From Candidatus Velthaea sp. (GTDB lineage Bacteria > Vulcanimicrobiota > Vulcanimicrobiia > Vulcanimicrobiales > Vulcanimicrobiaceae), in assembly GCA_965214935.1 (NCBI GenBank), contig CBDCCS010000018.1:416001-480000 (forward strand): 64,000 nt of DNA, given 5' to 3'. Each line of letters opens with the position of its first letter. The first letter of the stretch is position 1. This document shows positions 62,027-64,000 of the stretch, one piece after another. Position numbers and translations under genes: made by a program. The notes beneath the pieces are model-generated. The model was not told where the DNA came from and searched no databases. It worked only from the letters and a program-made list of their open reading frames with translations.

Positions 62027-63252
62027 GGGCGACTCTCCAGATAGCGCGCGTAGGCCTCACGCGTTGTTTGCGGCAGATCGGCGTAATAGGCCGGTTCGAA
62101 GATCGCCGGATCGCGCGCCGGTTTGATGCTTCGCGCTTCGGCGGCAAAGGCCGCAAGTGCCGCGGCCACCGGCTTTTCGCTGCCGTCGCTGCGCACGAGT
62201 CCAAACGACATTTCGTGCGGCGCGCGATCGAACGGCGGCGTCGCCGCGAGCGCGTCGGCATAGTCGGCCCAACACCACCAGTAACCGCCTAAGCGTCCGT
62301 CGGCGTGCAGCGCTTCGAGTACGGCCGTCGCGTAGTTCGCCATCTCGATCTCATCAAGACACGCGTAGCTTGCGTGCAGCGGATCGTCGGGCAAGATCGC
62401 CGGCGGTGCCGGTTCGTCGGGCAGCGGAACGCGCTCGAACGGCGAGACTTTGCCGGGCGGACACGTCGGATTACCAAATTCACTGAAGAGCACCGGTTTG
62501 CCGGTAAACGCCGCGGTGAGTTGGGCGAGAAACGGGACGACGGCCGTATCCGTCCGGCCACGGGCAAAGTCGCTATAGATCGAATAGCCGTGCATCGTTG
62601 CAAACGCCCACGGCTCGCTTATCCACGACGGCCGGAGATTGCGGTCGCGCGTGAGATCTTCGCCGTGCAGCCCGGCGGTGACCGGATGTCCGCCGGCGCG
62701 TTCGAGCTCGAAGGTTAGGCGTTTACTCCACTCGCGCGCATCGTCGTTTGACGCGGGTTCGCGCAGATTGCTGAACTCATTGCCGAGATCCCAAGCCGCG
62801 ACCGCGGGATGACCGCGCAGCGCGCTGCCGGCCTCGCGCACGTGATAACGCTGTGCCGCGAGCAATCCGCCCCGGTAAAAATCGCCGATGCCGTACGGCT
62901 GCTCGCCGAACTCCGTAACGGTGCGAAAACGGCCGTTCGGCGTCGTGCGATCGAGCGTCCACGACGGCAGCCAATTCACGCCGCTCATGTGTCCGCAAAA
63001 TAAGGTCGGCATCGTGCGTAAGCCGCTCGCGGCGGCTAACTCCACAAACGTTTCAAGCCGGCGCAGCATCGTGCGATCCATGCGGCCGGCTTCCGGTTGA
63101 AAATCGAACCAGCGGAGGAAAAAGCGAACGGTATCGATGCCGAGCGCTGCAATCCGAGCAAAATCTTCGGCAATCTCGCTGGGATCGAAGTGTCGCCACA
63201 TCGCCATCGCACTGCGACGCGGCCAGTAATTGATCCCGAGGCTAAAGCGCAT
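62023..63252 (-). CDS. Clan-A glycoside hydrolase (GH5-like)
   Basis: GINYWPR, GHMSGVNW, WDLGNE (acid/base), MHGY, FSEFG (nucleophile), WWCWADY. Confidence 0.85.
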   Translation of the reverse strand: MRFSLGINYWPRRSAMAMWRHFDPSEIAEDFARIAALGIDTVRFFLRWFDFQPEAGRMDRTMLRRLETFVELAAASGLRTMPTLFCGHMSGVNWLPSWTLDRTTPNGRFRTVTEFGEQPYGIGDFYRGGLLAAQRYHVREAGSALRGHPAVAAWDLGNEFSNLREPASNDDAREWSKRLTFELERAGGHPVTAGLHGEDLTRDRNLRPSWISEPWAFATMHGYSIYSDFARGRTDTAVVPFLAQLTAAFTGKPVLFSEFGNPTCPPGKVSPFERVPLPDEPAPPAILPDDPLHASYACLDEIEMANYATAVLEALHADGRLGGYWWCWADYADALAATPPFDRAPHEMSFGLVRSDGSEKPVAAALAAFAAEARSIKPARDPAIFEPAYYADLPQTTREAYARYLESRP

Positions 63253-63313
63253 TGCAGACGGCGACGTTCGCAATCGAGGTCGGCTCTTCCGGTGAGCCGA
63301 AACGCACGCCGGG

Positions 63314-63793
63314 ATGGAAGCCGCACCCGCCGTTGGGATCATCATGGGGTCGACGTCGGATCTCGACACGATGCGCGCTGCGGCATTGATTCTCGCGGAA
63401 CTCGACGTTCCGTTCGAGCTCAAGGTCGTGTCGGCGCATCGGACGCCCGATTTGATGTTCGCTTACGCGCAGTCGGCCGCAACTCGCGGCCTGCGCGTGA
63501 TCATCGCCGGCGCGGGCGGGGCGGCGCATCTGCCGGGCATGGTCGCTGCTAAAACGAATTTGCCGGTCATCGGCGTGCCGGTCGTTTCGGCTGCGCTCGG
63601 CGGGCTCGATTCTTTGCTGTCGATCGCCCAAATGCCGGCCGGCGTCCCGGTCGCAACCATGGCAATCGGTAACGCGGCCAATGCCGGCTTGTTTGCCGCG
63701 CGCATCCTGGCCCTGGCCGATGTTGCTTTAACGCAGCGGCTGGAGGCGCGCGCGGCCCGTATCGCGCACGCCGTTGAAACGACCGTGCTGTGA
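63314..63793 (+). CDS. purE: N5-CAIR mutase
   Basis: [36 protein letters not shown]. Confidence 0.97.
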   Translation: MEAAPAVGIIMGSTSDLDTMRAAALILAELDVPFELKVVSAHRTPDLMFAYAQSAATRGLRVIIAGAGGAAHLPGMVAAKTNLPVIGVPVVSAALGGLDSLLSIAQMPAGVPVATMAIGNAANAGLFAARILALADVALTQRLEARAARIAHAVETTVL

Positions 63794-64000
63794 GTACAAC
63801 GATCGGAATCGTCGGCGGCGGACAGCTCGGCCGAATGCTGACGCTCGAAGCAAAACGGATGGGCTACCGGGTGGTCGTGCTCGAGCCGCTCACGAACTCG
63901 CCGACGGGACAGATCGCCGACGAGCAAATCGTCGCCGCCTACGACGATCTGCGTGCGATCGGCGAACTCGGCGCGCGCAGCGACGTCGTGACGTATGAAT
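63790..64000 (+). CDS. purK: N5-CAIR synthase, partial (runs off the right edge)
   Basis: GTG overlapping the purE stop; [17 protein letters not shown]...DVVTYE. Confidence 0.92.
   Translation, partial: MSTTIGIVGGGQLGRMLTLEAKRMGYRVVVLEPLTNSPTGQIADEQIVAAYDDLRAIGELGARSDVVTYE

Overview
High-GC bacterial chromosomal window, almost entirely coding. I found no integrase, transposase or CRISPR array. The host is probably a diderm soil bacterium (TamB, sigma28-like promoters, chemoreceptor); a Vulcanimicrobiota/Eremiobacterota-like lineage is my inference only. Contents, left to right: partial MBL hydrolase; an unannotated ~275-nt minus-strand unit encoding two tiny paralogous PQDPP peptides; DedA/VTT + rnd; acnA; a ~19.5-kb alpha-glucan cluster (GH13-GlgE fusion, maltokinase, glgB, GT4, malQ, glgX, flavin-disulfide reductase, GH63-like glucosidase, amylo-1,6-glucosidase); TPP riboswitch-thiC; a photoactive-yellow-protein (PYP) homolog coupled to a PAS-GGDEF cyclase; SLT; tamB; dalD-like dehydrogenase; an MCP with a late frameshift; an atypical NarL-type regulator; tRNA-Ala(CGC); a Zn/Mn ABC transporter; S53 and M48 peptidases; an actinobacterial-type bcc-aa3 respiratory operon with ctaG nearby; a GGDEF-EAL sensor; SDR; GH5-like hydrolase; purE-purK. 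The best novelty candidates are the tandem micropeptide/structured-RNA unit at 705-1015 and the PYP-diguanylate cyclase operon with a sigma28-like leaderless start. All calls come from reading motifs by eye; no database searches were run.
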